From: a virus
Virus record (IMG/VR): IMGVR_UViG_3300035670_000062
Span: 49,099 to 113,098 of that record
DNA: 64,000 nucleotides
Strand: one strand, 5' to 3'
The notes below the pieces were generated by a model. It saw only the letters and a program-made list of their open reading frames with translations. It ran no database searches and had not been told where the DNA came from. The position numbers and the translations under genes are program-made. Positions 21,401 to 30,396 of the stretch are shown here, piece after piece. Positions within the stretch are counted from its first letter, which is position 1; each line of letters begins with the position of its first letter.

Positions 21401-24400
21401 GAAATAAATGATGACATTACTTCACAATTAGGTTATTTTAATATTGGTGATTATATTGGTGATCCATTAAATAGATTTGATAAATTAAATTCATATACAT
21501 CATTTGATAAATTAAGAGATGGATATTTCTTAAAATATACTCAACCATATAACGTAAATGATTTTATAAGATTAATAAAATATTTTGACAATTCATTATT
21601 TAAATTAATTAAAGATTTTGTTCCTGCTAGAACTAGTTTAGCAAGTGGAGTAACTATTAAACAACATTTACTAGAAAGAAATAAATATCCTCAACCTTCA
21701 TTTACTCCTATATCTCAACTACAAGTATCTTCTTCAGTAGAAGATATAGTAATACCTAATGGAGGAACTGGAGGTGTTTTAGAAGATTTTAATTCATTAA
21801 ATACATCTCCATATGGTTTATCTTCTATGGGATTATCAAATAAATATAAATTGACTCAAAGTTGGGAAGAAACTTTACCTACTCTTTATGGAGATACAGT
21901 TAAAGTTTATACTAATCAAGATGAATTTTACGATGGAGTATTTAAAGGTTCTAATATAACAGTTACTACTCAAAGTCTTGCTCAACCATTCCCACAAAAT
22001 ATAACAGCATATGAATATAAAAGAGTTCATTATTTTGGTATAACTAAAAATGATGAAATCGAATTTGAAAATGTTTTTCTTAAAAAACAAACAACACCAA
22101 AACCAGGTGAAATTCTTTTATACCATAAATCAAGAATAGCATTAGGTAGTGACCCTACAACTTGGGGTTCTTTAGTAAGTGTAATTTATGATACTAAATA
22201 TTTAAAAATTTCTAAAACAGATTGTGATTTAAATAATATATCTGTACAATTGGGGCAAGTAAATAAATTAAAAGTCCAACAACAAAATGATAGTTATTTA
22301 GAATATGAGTTAAATCCATTAAGTGAAGAATTAACATACTATTTATTTGAAATAACCTCACCCACACAATTTACATACCTAGCCCCTGGTCAAATATTTG
22401 ATTATTATGTTTCTGCATCTTTTACTACTCCCCAAACAGGCCCAATATTTGGATTTTCATGGGATACAGTAACAGGAAATGATGCTCATTATGGTACTCC
22501 ATATTTCGATACTTCAAGTGGTTTATATACATTGGAAAATACTCCTAATACATTATTACAAGTAACAGCATCAATAGAATCAAGTGGTTCAAATGGTGCA
22601 CTTGTTTACATTGCTAAATATGTATTTGATTTAAACCAAAACCAATTCATAGGATCTCCAATATCAAATACAGTAAATATACCTGCAGGCCCTTCGGGAA
22701 TTGCAAATATGTCTGGGTCTTTAGAATATATTTTAGAAAACGAATATGTAGGTTTAGTTTACTTAAGTGCAGATACAGTTTTAAATGGTAATCTAGAAAT
22801 AAACCAATCAAGAAATAATCCAATTTTAGATGCAGCTACGTTTCCTATAACTTCAAGTTGTAAAAATGTAATATTATCACCTAACATTACATTATATAAT
22901 TATTTTAATAGTAATTTTTATCCATTACAAAATAATGTATCATTAAATTCATTAAATTCTTTTATTAATAAAGTAGATTACTCTTCAGATAGTATAACTC
23001 CAGTTAATTTAACAACTTTACAAGATAATACAGCTACCAAAGCACAAATCCCAGATTCTAATTACACTCAACTTCAAAGTATAAATCCTAGATATATAGG
23101 TACTAAAAATCAAAGTGAAAAAATTAATGAGTGGACAGATAATGAGGGTATTAATATTGGTAATTATGGAAAAACCCCATCAATTGAATCTAAATATAAT
23201 TCTTTAACTTATTGTATAAATGGAGGTGGATTACCACCTGAATATATGGATGCAATTCAACCTAAAATTCAATATTTAATTAAAGATAACGATGAAGTAA
23301 TAACTGCTAATACTAATGAAATATCAATAAGAGATGTTCAAAATATTTTTAGAACAGGTGAATACGTTAAATTAAATTATACATCAAATACAGCTCAAAA
23401 TACAGAAAACTTATATAGAATAATAAGGGGAGGATATAGAGTAGTTCCTATTATGTATAACCAAATAGGCCACTCTCCATCAGCATTTACACAATCTATA
23501 GAATTTAAAAACATTTTAGGAGGAACAGAAATAGTAAATGATTATATGGTAAAGAAAAAACCAATTGTAAACATAACTTATCCATTAGATCAATCGATAA
23601 CAGGTAATGATACTTTTTCTGATTTAAACTTTTTTGAAGTATTATCTAGTGGAAGTGATGTAACTTCTGCTATTACTACAAATTCTTTAAATTATTACGA
23701 AATATCCTCAGATATCATAAATGACCTTAATATAGAAAGTCTAACATTTTCTACATCAGTACAACTATCATATAACACAGGTCCTCAAGCAAATTGGCAA
23801 GTAGCTATAGCTAGAATAAGAGGAGGAGTAATTACAATTCAAGCATTTAGTACTACTCAATCTGTGGGATCTGGAGTAAAAACATTCACAACAACAATAA
23901 CAATACCTAAATCAGATCTTCAATTAAATGACCGTTTTCAAGTGGGTAGATATAGAGCTAATGGAAGTAATTCAAGTTCAGTAAAATTACTTACTAATAC
24001 ATCAACCTTTACTATTTCTCAAACACCACTACCTACACCACCAATATCAACAAATCCTCTTTTCTTTACACAACTATCAACACCAAACACTTTAATTATA
24101 TTAAATCAAGATTTTATATCAATATATGGAAATTCTAATATTAAACAAAGAGACATACCAAATTCTGGCTTTTTTCCAATACAAGATAATTTAGAATTTA
24201 AAGCTGGAGATGAAATTAGATTTGAAGGAGACGAAACTAAAACATACATGATACAATCTGTTATATCTTCAACTTTCACATTAATAACAACATTCCCAGC
24301 TTTATATATCACATTAAACAAACCAATTCATAATGTGGGGATAGATGTAAATGAATTTTTAATTAGAAGATTTGTTGAAGATGGAAGTTCTGTTATATTA

Positions 24401-24523
24401 GCATTAGATGGTAAATCTACACAAGGTGGTCCTTTCTATATGATACCTCAATTCATAACAGATGAATTGGATAATAAATTAGATAAACTTACTATTAATT
24501 TAGTAAGTAAAGGTTTGATATAA
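18488..24523 (+). CDS. Large virion structural protein (baseplate wedge/fibre-associated)
   Basis: 2011 aa; KGT..GLRALI..YG wedge-like motif; Ser/Thr-rich beta regions. Confidence 0.65.
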   Translation: MTTITKLDPSNLLIQEYSSNDTNLINNFDLDFSLSPSSYIELSIFNSNNEILLTNYNYNLYKVINDGQSSLTNNISQIQINPENDLALYSYEQGEFITFYNFLEKKIGAPFETLYIEEISSDRTEVRINTTSLELETFLSQSQKFIDERENSTYFTDFYLNLGSNILLICNNIIIDNDSIIVKLYEPLPISVNIKRELWIVTSINEPEVYLVNFPFTPIEIQDFTFLNGPNFNIPIKDQINNSSPLQSYTDITLSSISSSTNQLNSLLTSQSIEINVDYSDFNDFIHFSSIETRLRNFKSKVELIENYSSSINLVQSTTSSLSTINILQNNISEIINTFDNYEYFLYYDSGSTSSWPKTTTTLPYELAKSNSVQLQTWFGNIDENSPYYGGIILSASFYDNENKDQLLKSIPEYLREDPNNKPYELFIDMIAQHYDNIWLYTKDITQKYNNDNRLDFGISKDVVAEAIKDFGIKIYQNNFSTNDLYTAFLGITPSGSLFPFPNITPTLPALTGEEYIDSFISASNDIIPLDDVNKSLYKRIYHNIPYLLNSKGTIAGLRALITTYGIPDTILKINEFGGKDKVNENDWDLYFNKFNYSYYTQGNNNIITNWGINPQATISYPYPGTVAFRFKAGDIPTTSSQQVLWMTSDSSGTTISKTLILEYTGSGMTSGSYSGSIVDPYNEYGTLKYIIDPDTVNETSCSIYLPFFNDGWWSVMVRQDGFDTDIEYLITEDGDFILTENGDYVINNNHITPPTLGTASLYVGNNIYNGLDGTGIGFIASSSLNDPTISGSWFTGDVSYFTNGFIYNSNLIPSFVGELQEIRYYNIPLGNSRFYDFVMNPLSIEGNSINSSPEHLVFRASLGSELDLITTQTGSSIHPKISYTTPVNSFTNNSEYYFGKVPTFNKNYETYFLDQFPTGLKNRISDKIRIVNNNIPSGSTLSSITNINQTKNQPYTKNSNHLEVTFSPQNEINDDITSQLGYFNIGDYIGDPLNRFDKLNSYTSFDKLRDGYFLKYTQPYNVNDFIRLIKYFDNSLFKLIKDFVPARTSLASGVTIKQHLLERNKYPQPSFTPISQLQVSSSVEDIVIPNGGTGGVLEDFNSLNTSPYGLSSMGLSNKYKLTQSWEETLPTLYGDTVKVYTNQDEFYDGVFKGSNITVTTQSLAQPFPQNITAYEYKRVHYFGITKNDEIEFENVFLKKQTTPKPGEILLYHKSRIALGSDPTTWGSLVSVIYDTKYLKISKTDCDLNNISVQLGQVNKLKVQQQNDSYLEYELNPLSEELTYYLFEITSPTQFTYLAPGQIFDYYVSASFTTPQTGPIFGFSWDTVTGNDAHYGTPYFDTSSGLYTLENTPNTLLQVTASIESSGSNGALVYIAKYVFDLNQNQFIGSPISNTVNIPAGPSGIANMSGSLEYILENEYVGLVYLSADTVLNGNLEINQSRNNPILDAATFPITSSCKNVILSPNITLYNYFNSNFYPLQNNVSLNSLNSFINKVDYSSDSITPVNLTTLQDNTATKAQIPDSNYTQLQSINPRYIGTKNQSEKINEWTDNEGINIGNYGKTPSIESKYNSLTYCINGGGLPPEYMDAIQPKIQYLIKDNDEVITANTNEISIRDVQNIFRTGEYVKLNYTSNTAQNTENLYRIIRGGYRVVPIMYNQIGHSPSAFTQSIEFKNILGGTEIVNDYMVKKKPIVNITYPLDQSITGNDTFSDLNFFEVLSSGSDVTSAITTNSLNYYEISSDIINDLNIESLTFSTSVQLSYNTGPQANWQVAIARIRGGVITIQAFSTTQSVGSGVKTFTTTITIPKSDLQLNDRFQVGRYRANGSNSSSVKLLTNTSTFTISQTPLPTPPISTNPLFFTQLSTPNTLIILNQDFISIYGNSNIKQRDIPNSGFFPIQDNLEFKAGDEIRFEGDETKTYMIQSVISSTFTLITTFPALYITLNKPIHNVGIDVNEFLIRRFVEDGSSVILALDGKSTQGGPFYMIPQFITDELDNKLDKLTINLVSKGLI

Positions 24524-24569
24524 TGAAAAGCTTTCATATATTATATATTTATAATAAAATTACATAAAA

Positions 24570-25235
24570 ATGGGATACTTAAACAATACAGTCCTTAGTA
24601 TAGATGCAATTCTTACTAAAAAAGGAAGAGAATTATTGGCAAAAAATGATGGTTCATTTAGAATCACTCAATTTTCATTAGCAGATGATGAAATTGATTA
24701 TACACTTTATAATCCTACACACCCATCAGGGTCTTCATTTTATGGAGAAGCATTAGAGAACATGCCTCTATTAGAAGCATTTCCTGATGAATCTCAAATA
24801 ATGAAATACAAATTAGCAACTCTACCTAGAGGAACAGCAAAACTTCCTGTTTTAGACTTAGGCTACTCAGCTATATCATTAAAACAAGGAGCTTCATTAG
24901 CTATTACACCACAAACATTAAATTATTTAGGTAATAACAACATATTTGAAACATCAGGTTATTCAGCTACTATAGCAGATGTAAGATTATTAAATACATT
25001 TAATGGGATAGGTATTAATACAACAACAGCAACAACTCAAAATACTACATCTACAACTACATTAGGAACTAACGTATCATCAACGGTTATAGGTTCTCAA
25101 ATAAATTTAAGAGCAACTACTGTAAATACATTATTTGGTTCAAATACACAATTAAATACAACTATAACATTCATTGGATTAGATAGTGGAGCAAGAATTA
25201 CTATTCCTTTAACAATAATAAAAACAACTAATTAA
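24570..25235 (+). CDS. Virion structural protein
   Basis: DAILTKKGRELLA...FRITQFSLADDEIDY motif typical of baseplate/fibre-attachment proteins; TATTTATA at 24546. Confidence 0.6.
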   Translation: MGYLNNTVLSIDAILTKKGRELLAKNDGSFRITQFSLADDEIDYTLYNPTHPSGSSFYGEALENMPLLEAFPDESQIMKYKLATLPRGTAKLPVLDLGYSAISLKQGASLAITPQTLNYLGNNNIFETSGYSATIADVRLLNTFNGIGINTTTATTQNTTSTTTLGTNVSSTVIGSQINLRATTVNTLFGSNTQLNTTITFIGLDSGARITIPLTIIKTTN

Positions 25236-25244
25236 AAATAAACA

Positions 25245-26255
25245 ATGGGATTCAAAAGATTAGAACCAGAAGACATAGTAGTAAGTGCTGACGCAGTACA
25301 ATCAACATTGTGGTCAACAGGACAACCTACATTAACATCATTCTTCACTTCATCAATACAAGCCTTAAGCCCATCAGGTGAATATTATTTAAGCGTATAT
25401 CAAACAGCATCAACTGAAGATAATGCAGCAGTACAATTTCAATTATTGTATGCTGATGTTTTAGGGAGTGGAAGTGAATACTATAACTCATCAATCCCAG
25501 CTAATACTCCTTCAAGTACTATATATGGTCAATATAGATCTTTAATATTAGAAGACGAAAATGCTGAATTTTATTTTGGTGATTCTAATAATATAGTAAC
25601 AGGAAGTCATTTTTGGGTAATATCAGTAGATAGAGCAAGATACAAAGAAAAATTATTTCCCTTTACTTTTAATATGACTTTATCTGGGTCTGGAGGTGAA
25701 TTACATTTAACCAATAACTCAGCTGAAACAACAACTCAGACATTTATTGGTTCAAATAGAGTGTACCAAATAGTTTCAGGTTCAAATGGTATATCTAATT
25801 CAGGAAGTGGATACTCAGTTTCAAATGGTTCTTATGGTTTATTTTTCCCAGATATTGCTACATTATTATTAAATCCTCAAGCTGTATCTGAATCAATAGG
25901 AGTAGTAGCAAACAGAACAGCTAATTTAACAAATGGTACTAATCAAGCTACAATATTCGATAGTATAAAATTAGGAGCATCATTCCAATTAAATTCAGAA
26001 GAAACTATTACAGCAGATTATATATTTGTGAGAGCAAGAAATTCAGAATTTAATTATTCAATGAATCCTTCGTATATAGCTGGTTCAACTGGAGAATTGA
26101 TTTATTCTAATTTTATTAATAATCCTCAAACATATATTACTACAGTTGGGTTATATAATGATGCTAATGAATTATTGGCAGTTGCTAAATTATCTAGACC
26201 TATAATAAAAGACTTCACAAAAGAAATTCTTTTAACTACAAAACTTAGTTTCTAA
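25245..26255 (+). CDS. Virion structural protein (tail-collar/fibre-attachment-like C-terminus)
   Basis: C-terminal YITTVGLYN...ELLAVAKLS.P. Confidence 0.6.
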   Translation: MGFKRLEPEDIVVSADAVQSTLWSTGQPTLTSFFTSSIQALSPSGEYYLSVYQTASTEDNAAVQFQLLYADVLGSGSEYYNSSIPANTPSSTIYGQYRSLILEDENAEFYFGDSNNIVTGSHFWVISVDRARYKEKLFPFTFNMTLSGSGGELHLTNNSAETTTQTFIGSNRVYQIVSGSNGISNSGSGYSVSNGSYGLFFPDIATLLLNPQAVSESIGVVANRTANLTNGTNQATIFDSIKLGASFQLNSEETITADYIFVRARNSEFNYSMNPSYIAGSTGELIYSNFINNPQTYITTVGLYNDANELLAVAKLSRPIIKDFTKEILLTTKLSF

Positions 26256-26273
26256 CTCAATAATTAAACAAAA

Positions 26274-27170
26274 ATGAGTGTATTTAAACCTTTTCTATCA
26301 TCTGATATAATTCTAGTCCCCTTTGAAGTAAATAAAGAACATACTTATAGTGGATCTTCAGAATTAATCCAAGATGAAATAGAAAGATATTTAGGTGTAA
26401 ATATAAACTCAACCATTTATATATCAGGTTCAAACCAAACAGGAGTAAATACTCCATTTAGTCAAGAATTAATATATAATTCCATAAAACAATTATATTA
26501 TACTAATTTCATTAATTCTCCATCATCATCAGAAGCTTTTACTTCATCTATCCAATTAGATGGAACTATAACAGGTTCAGGTGGTACTCAACAACCAATG
26601 TATGATAATTATTTATCAAGTACTTTACTCCCATACAGAAATTTTCCTAAATCAGTAAATGATAATATTTCTATTATTTCAATTCCATCTAATATATTTG
26701 GAGAAAAAATAGAACCTAGTACAGTTACAATTAATTTTACTTCTTCTTCAATAGAATATAATATAACTGATGATGGAGAAGGAAATATGATTTATAGTGG
26801 AAGTAATGTAGGTAATATAATATATGAACATGGTTTAATAATTTTAAATATAGATAATCAAACCAATCAAGAAATAATATCATCAAATAATTTATATTTG
26901 AACTTTAAAGGTGCTATTACTATATATGAAAACCAATTTAAATGCACTATAAGAGAAAATGAATTTAATTTCTCAAATAACCCAACCTTATTATCTGGGT
27001 CTGGAGGTGATATGTATGAATTTGCTACTAAAGAATATTTCTCACCTTATATTACTACAGTTGGATTATATAATAATAACAAAGAATTAATAGCAGTAGC
27101 TAAATTGGCTCAACCTTTACCATCCCCAAACTCAACAGATATTAATATATTAATTAATTTAGATATGTAA
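26274..27170 (+). CDS. Virion structural protein, paralogue of 25245..26255
   Basis: Shares EFN.S.NP and YITTVGLYN..EL.AVAKL..P. Confidence 0.6.
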   Translation: MSVFKPFLSSDIILVPFEVNKEHTYSGSSELIQDEIERYLGVNINSTIYISGSNQTGVNTPFSQELIYNSIKQLYYTNFINSPSSSEAFTSSIQLDGTITGSGGTQQPMYDNYLSSTLLPYRNFPKSVNDNISIISIPSNIFGEKIEPSTVTINFTSSSIEYNITDDGEGNMIYSGSNVGNIIYEHGLIILNIDNQTNQEIISSNNLYLNFKGAITIYENQFKCTIRENEFNFSNNPTLLSGSGGDMYEFATKEYFSPYITTVGLYNNNKELIAVAKLAQPLPSPNSTDINILINLDM

Positions 27171-27230
27171 TATGGTTGAAATAATAGGTAATAATGAATA
27201 TAATTTCCATTTGCAATAAATCTAAATTTA

Positions 27231-27392
27231 ATGTTTTTTGCTACTAAGGATTCTAATAGATTATTGTCAGCAACTGACATTGACTCAACCGATGGTCAAA
27301 TAATCTGGTCATTTAACGGAACAGACGCACCAGAAAGAGGCTGGAGAGTACATAATACTCAAATAAAGGGGGGAATGGGATTTATTGGTTAA
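27231..27392 (+). CDS. Small ORF (53 aa), possibly a frameshifted remnant with 27172..27219
   Basis: MFFATKDSNRLL...GGMGFIG fills an otherwise empty gap; below the ORF-track cutoff. Confidence 0.35.
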   Translation: MFFATKDSNRLLSATDIDSTDGQIIWSFNGTDAPERGWRVHNTQIKGGMGFIG

Positions 27393-27420
27393 GTAAATAA
27401 CTCAACATATTTATAATAAA

Positions 27421-27879
27421 ATGATAGATCAAAATAAATGGATATATAGAAAAAGTAATATAATTAGTTTAGATGATTTTGGTAATAATACTCCATTTGG
27501 TTTTATATATATTACAACACATAACCCAACAGGTAAAAAATATTTAGGTAAAAAGTCATTATTTCATACTTTAAATAAAAAATTAGGTAAAAAAGAATTA
27601 GCTGAACAACCTATTACTAGAGGTAGAAATAAATTAACTAAAAAAATAATTAAAGAATCTGATTGGTTAAATTATTATGGTTCTGAAGAATTCATTAAAC
27701 AAAAAATTAAAGAAAAATGTCAACATGAATTCCATAGAGAAATTGTAGATATAGCGTTAAATAAAAAACATTTGACTTATCTTGAAACTAAACATTTATT
27801 TATAAATAATGTATTAGAAAGCGATAAATGGTTAAATTCAAATATTCTTGGAAAATTTTATAAAAATGATTTTAATTAA
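27421..27879 (+). CDS. GIY-YIG family endonuclease
   Basis: GFIYITT...KKYLGKK, ESDW..YYGS, E and N catalytic motifs. Confidence 0.8.
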   Translation: MIDQNKWIYRKSNIISLDDFGNNTPFGFIYITTHNPTGKKYLGKKSLFHTLNKKLGKKELAEQPITRGRNKLTKKIIKESDWLNYYGSEEFIKQKIKEKCQHEFHREIVDIALNKKHLTYLETKHLFINNVLESDKWLNSNILGKFYKNDFN

Positions 27880-27912
27880 GCTTGGTTATTCAAGCTTTTT
27901 TTATTACATTTA
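27878..27912 (+). promoter_or_regulatory. Terminator hairpin AAGCTTG-N6-CAAGCTT+T run overlapping a CTTG-N20-TACATTTA promoter
   Basis: Seen directly upstream of the primase gene. Confidence 0.55.
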
Positions 27913-27916
27913 AGTT

Positions 27917-28861
27917 ATGGTTATAAATGAAATGCTAGTTAATTTAGTTAATTCTATTTTAGGTGATGGAAAGAGAACATCTAAAGGTAACATTGCCTAT
28001 AAATGTCCTAAATGTCATCATCATAATAATAAATTAGAAATTAATTTTGATGAATCTTCAAAAAATTATCAATCCTACCAATGTTGGGTTTGTGGTTTTA
28101 AAGGTAAAAAAATATCTCCATTATTTAGATTAATTAATCCCCCAAAAGATAAATTTGATGAACTATATAGATTAACAAAAACAAAACCATCATCATTATA
28201 CTTAAATACTACAGAACCAGAAAAAAAACCTATATCTTTACCTAAAGAATTTATTACATTATCAAAACCTTCATCAAGTATAGAATATAAAAAAGCTTAC
28301 AAATATATTAAATCAAGAAATATAACAGATGAAGATATCATAAAATATAATTTAGGATATTGTGAGTCTGGTATATATAAAAATATGATTATAATTCCTT
28401 CATATAATGAAGATGGAAATCTTAATTTTTTCACATCAAGATCATATGAAAAAGAGGCATTTAGAAAATATATCAACCCTGATTATTCAAGAAATATAGT
28501 CCCATTTGATAATCTAATCAATTGGAATTCACCTGTAATATTATGTGAAGGTGTGTTTGATGCTATTGCTATAAAAAGAAATGCTATACCACTTTTAGGT
28601 AAAAATATACAAAATGAATTATTAAAAAAAATAATTTCATCAAATATAAAACATATTTACATTGCATTAGATGATGATGCGAAAGAAAAATCAATAAAAT
28701 ATTGTGAATATTTTTTAAATCAAGGAATAAAACCATATTTAATAGAATTAGATGGGAAAGACCCAAGTGAAATAGGATTCAAAAATTTCACCAATTTAAT
28801 ACAAACATCAAAACCTCTTAATACATATAGTATAATAGAGAAAAAAATCTCACTTTTATGA
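27917..28861 (+). CDS. DNA primase (Zn finger + TOPRIM)
   Basis: CPKC..H, CWVC, EGVFDA and LDDD motifs. Confidence 0.9.
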   Translation: MVINEMLVNLVNSILGDGKRTSKGNIAYKCPKCHHHNNKLEINFDESSKNYQSYQCWVCGFKGKKISPLFRLINPPKDKFDELYRLTKTKPSSLYLNTTEPEKKPISLPKEFITLSKPSSSIEYKKAYKYIKSRNITDEDIIKYNLGYCESGIYKNMIIIPSYNEDGNLNFFTSRSYEKEAFRKYINPDYSRNIVPFDNLINWNSPVILCEGVFDAIAIKRNAIPLLGKNIQNELLKKIISSNIKHIYIALDDDAKEKSIKYCEYFLNQGIKPYLIELDGKDPSEIGFKNFTNLIQTSKPLNTYSIIEKKISLL

Positions 28862-29628
28862 GTAAATTTAAAAACAAAAAATACAAAAGAATCTTAGAAA
28901 TATCCGAGGATGCTAAAAGGATAACACTCCCAGATTCTAGGTATTACCGAAGAAATGGAGAATATTATCCATCTATAACTTATGTTTTATCATCATATCC
29001 AAAGGGTACACATTTTGAAGATTGGTTAAAGAAAGTAGGATATGCTTCTGAACATATAATGAGAAAATCTGGTGATGAAGGTACTCAAGTTCATAATATG
29101 ATTGAAGAATATTTAGAAGGTAAAGAATTAAATTTTTTAACTGCATTTGGTGACCCTCAATACTCACCAGATGTATGGCAAATGTTCTTAAAATTCACAG
29201 AATGGTGGGAACAATATAAACCTACATTAATCGAAACAGAAGTACATTTATTTTCAGATGAACTAAAGGTAGCTGGAACTTGTGATATTATATGTGAAGT
29301 AGATGGTGAACTTTGGGTTGTAGATTTTAAAACATCAAATAACTTACATACCTCATATGAATTACAAGCAGCATTTTATGGTAAATGTTATGAAGAATGT
29401 TTTGGTAAAAAAATAGATAGATTTGGTTTATTATGGTTAAAATCTAATAAACGAAAACCATCTAAAGGAAAAATACAAGGAAGAGGATGGGAAATGTATG
29501 AATCAGAAAGAACATTTGAGGAAAATATAGATATATTGAAAACTGTAAAAAAATTATTCGACTTAGAAAATCCCTCACATAACCCTATATTTACTGAATT
29601 CAAAACATCAGTTAAAAGAACTCACTAA
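28858..29628 (+). CDS. PD-(D/E)XK (Cas4/RecB-like) exonuclease
   Basis: YPSIT.VL, GT.VH, AGTCD, DFKTS and ELQAAFY motifs. Confidence 0.85.
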   Translation: MSKFKNKKYKRILEISEDAKRITLPDSRYYRRNGEYYPSITYVLSSYPKGTHFEDWLKKVGYASEHIMRKSGDEGTQVHNMIEEYLEGKELNFLTAFGDPQYSPDVWQMFLKFTEWWEQYKPTLIETEVHLFSDELKVAGTCDIICEVDGELWVVDFKTSNNLHTSYELQAAFYGKCYEECFGKKIDRFGLLWLKSNKRKPSKGKIQGRGWEMYESERTFEENIDILKTVKKLFDLENPSHNPIFTEFKTSVKRTH

Positions 29629-29643
29629 TAAGTATTTATTATC

Positions 29644-30396
29644 ATGATATCATTAATAAAACCATATAAAGAATTAAATAAAAAACCTAAAGCCATATTC
29701 ATGGCAGGACCTCCTGGTTCAGGTAAATCATTTATATTAAATAAATTTTCAATACCATCTAAATTCCAAGTAATTAATGTAGATGATATTTATGAAGAAT
29801 TACTTAAAACTCAAATAGGTAAAATGGATTTGAAAAAAATGAATCTTGATGAATTATCTAAAACAGGGGAATTAATGAATCAAGCTAGAAAACAGACAAA
29901 AGAAAAAGAAGAAGATTTATTAATACAAAAACAAAATGTTGTAATTGATGGAGTTGGTGCATCATCAAAAAACTTATTAGAAAAGAAAAAATATATTGAA
30001 TCATTAGGTTATGAAACTTTTATGATTTTAGTTTATGTATCTCCTATAGTATCCTTAGAAAGAAACCTAAAAAGAGATAGACAACTACCAACCAGAGCAG
30101 TATTGGATAGTTGGGTTAAAGTAATAAATAATATTGATACATATAAAAACGAATTTAAGAATAATATAATAATAATTAACAACAACCCTTCAGAAATAAC
30201 TCCATTAGATATTGATACTATATTTAACCAATACCCAGACCCAGAAGGTAAAGAGAAAACACCTGAAGAAATAGAAAAAAGAAATAAACTAAAACAATCT
30301 ATAATAGATAATATAAAAGTTTTAATAAAAAAAGAACAATCTTTTACACCTGATTCTCAAATCCAACCTAAAATCAATGAGTTCATTAGTCAATAA
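29644..30396 (+). CDS. P-loop kinase (zeta-toxin/AAA_33-like)
   Basis: MAGPPGSGKS, INVDD, VIDG and SLERN..R.R motifs. Confidence 0.75.
   Translation: MISLIKPYKELNKKPKAIFMAGPPGSGKSFILNKFSIPSKFQVINVDDIYEELLKTQIGKMDLKKMNLDELSKTGELMNQARKQTKEKEEDLLIQKQNVVIDGVGASSKNLLEKKKYIESLGYETFMILVYVSPIVSLERNLKRDRQLPTRAVLDSWVKVINNIDTYKNEFKNNIIIINNNPSEITPLDIDTIFNQYPDPEGKEKTPEEIEKRNKLKQSIIDNIKVLIKKEQSFTPDSQIQPKINEFISQ

Noticed and set aside
28858-29628. Cas4-like gene as evidence of CRISPR-Cas or as the cassette integrase
   Set aside because: Stand-alone PD-(D/E)XK exonucleases next to primase are routine phage replication genes, and nothing in the sequence links this one to the cassettes.
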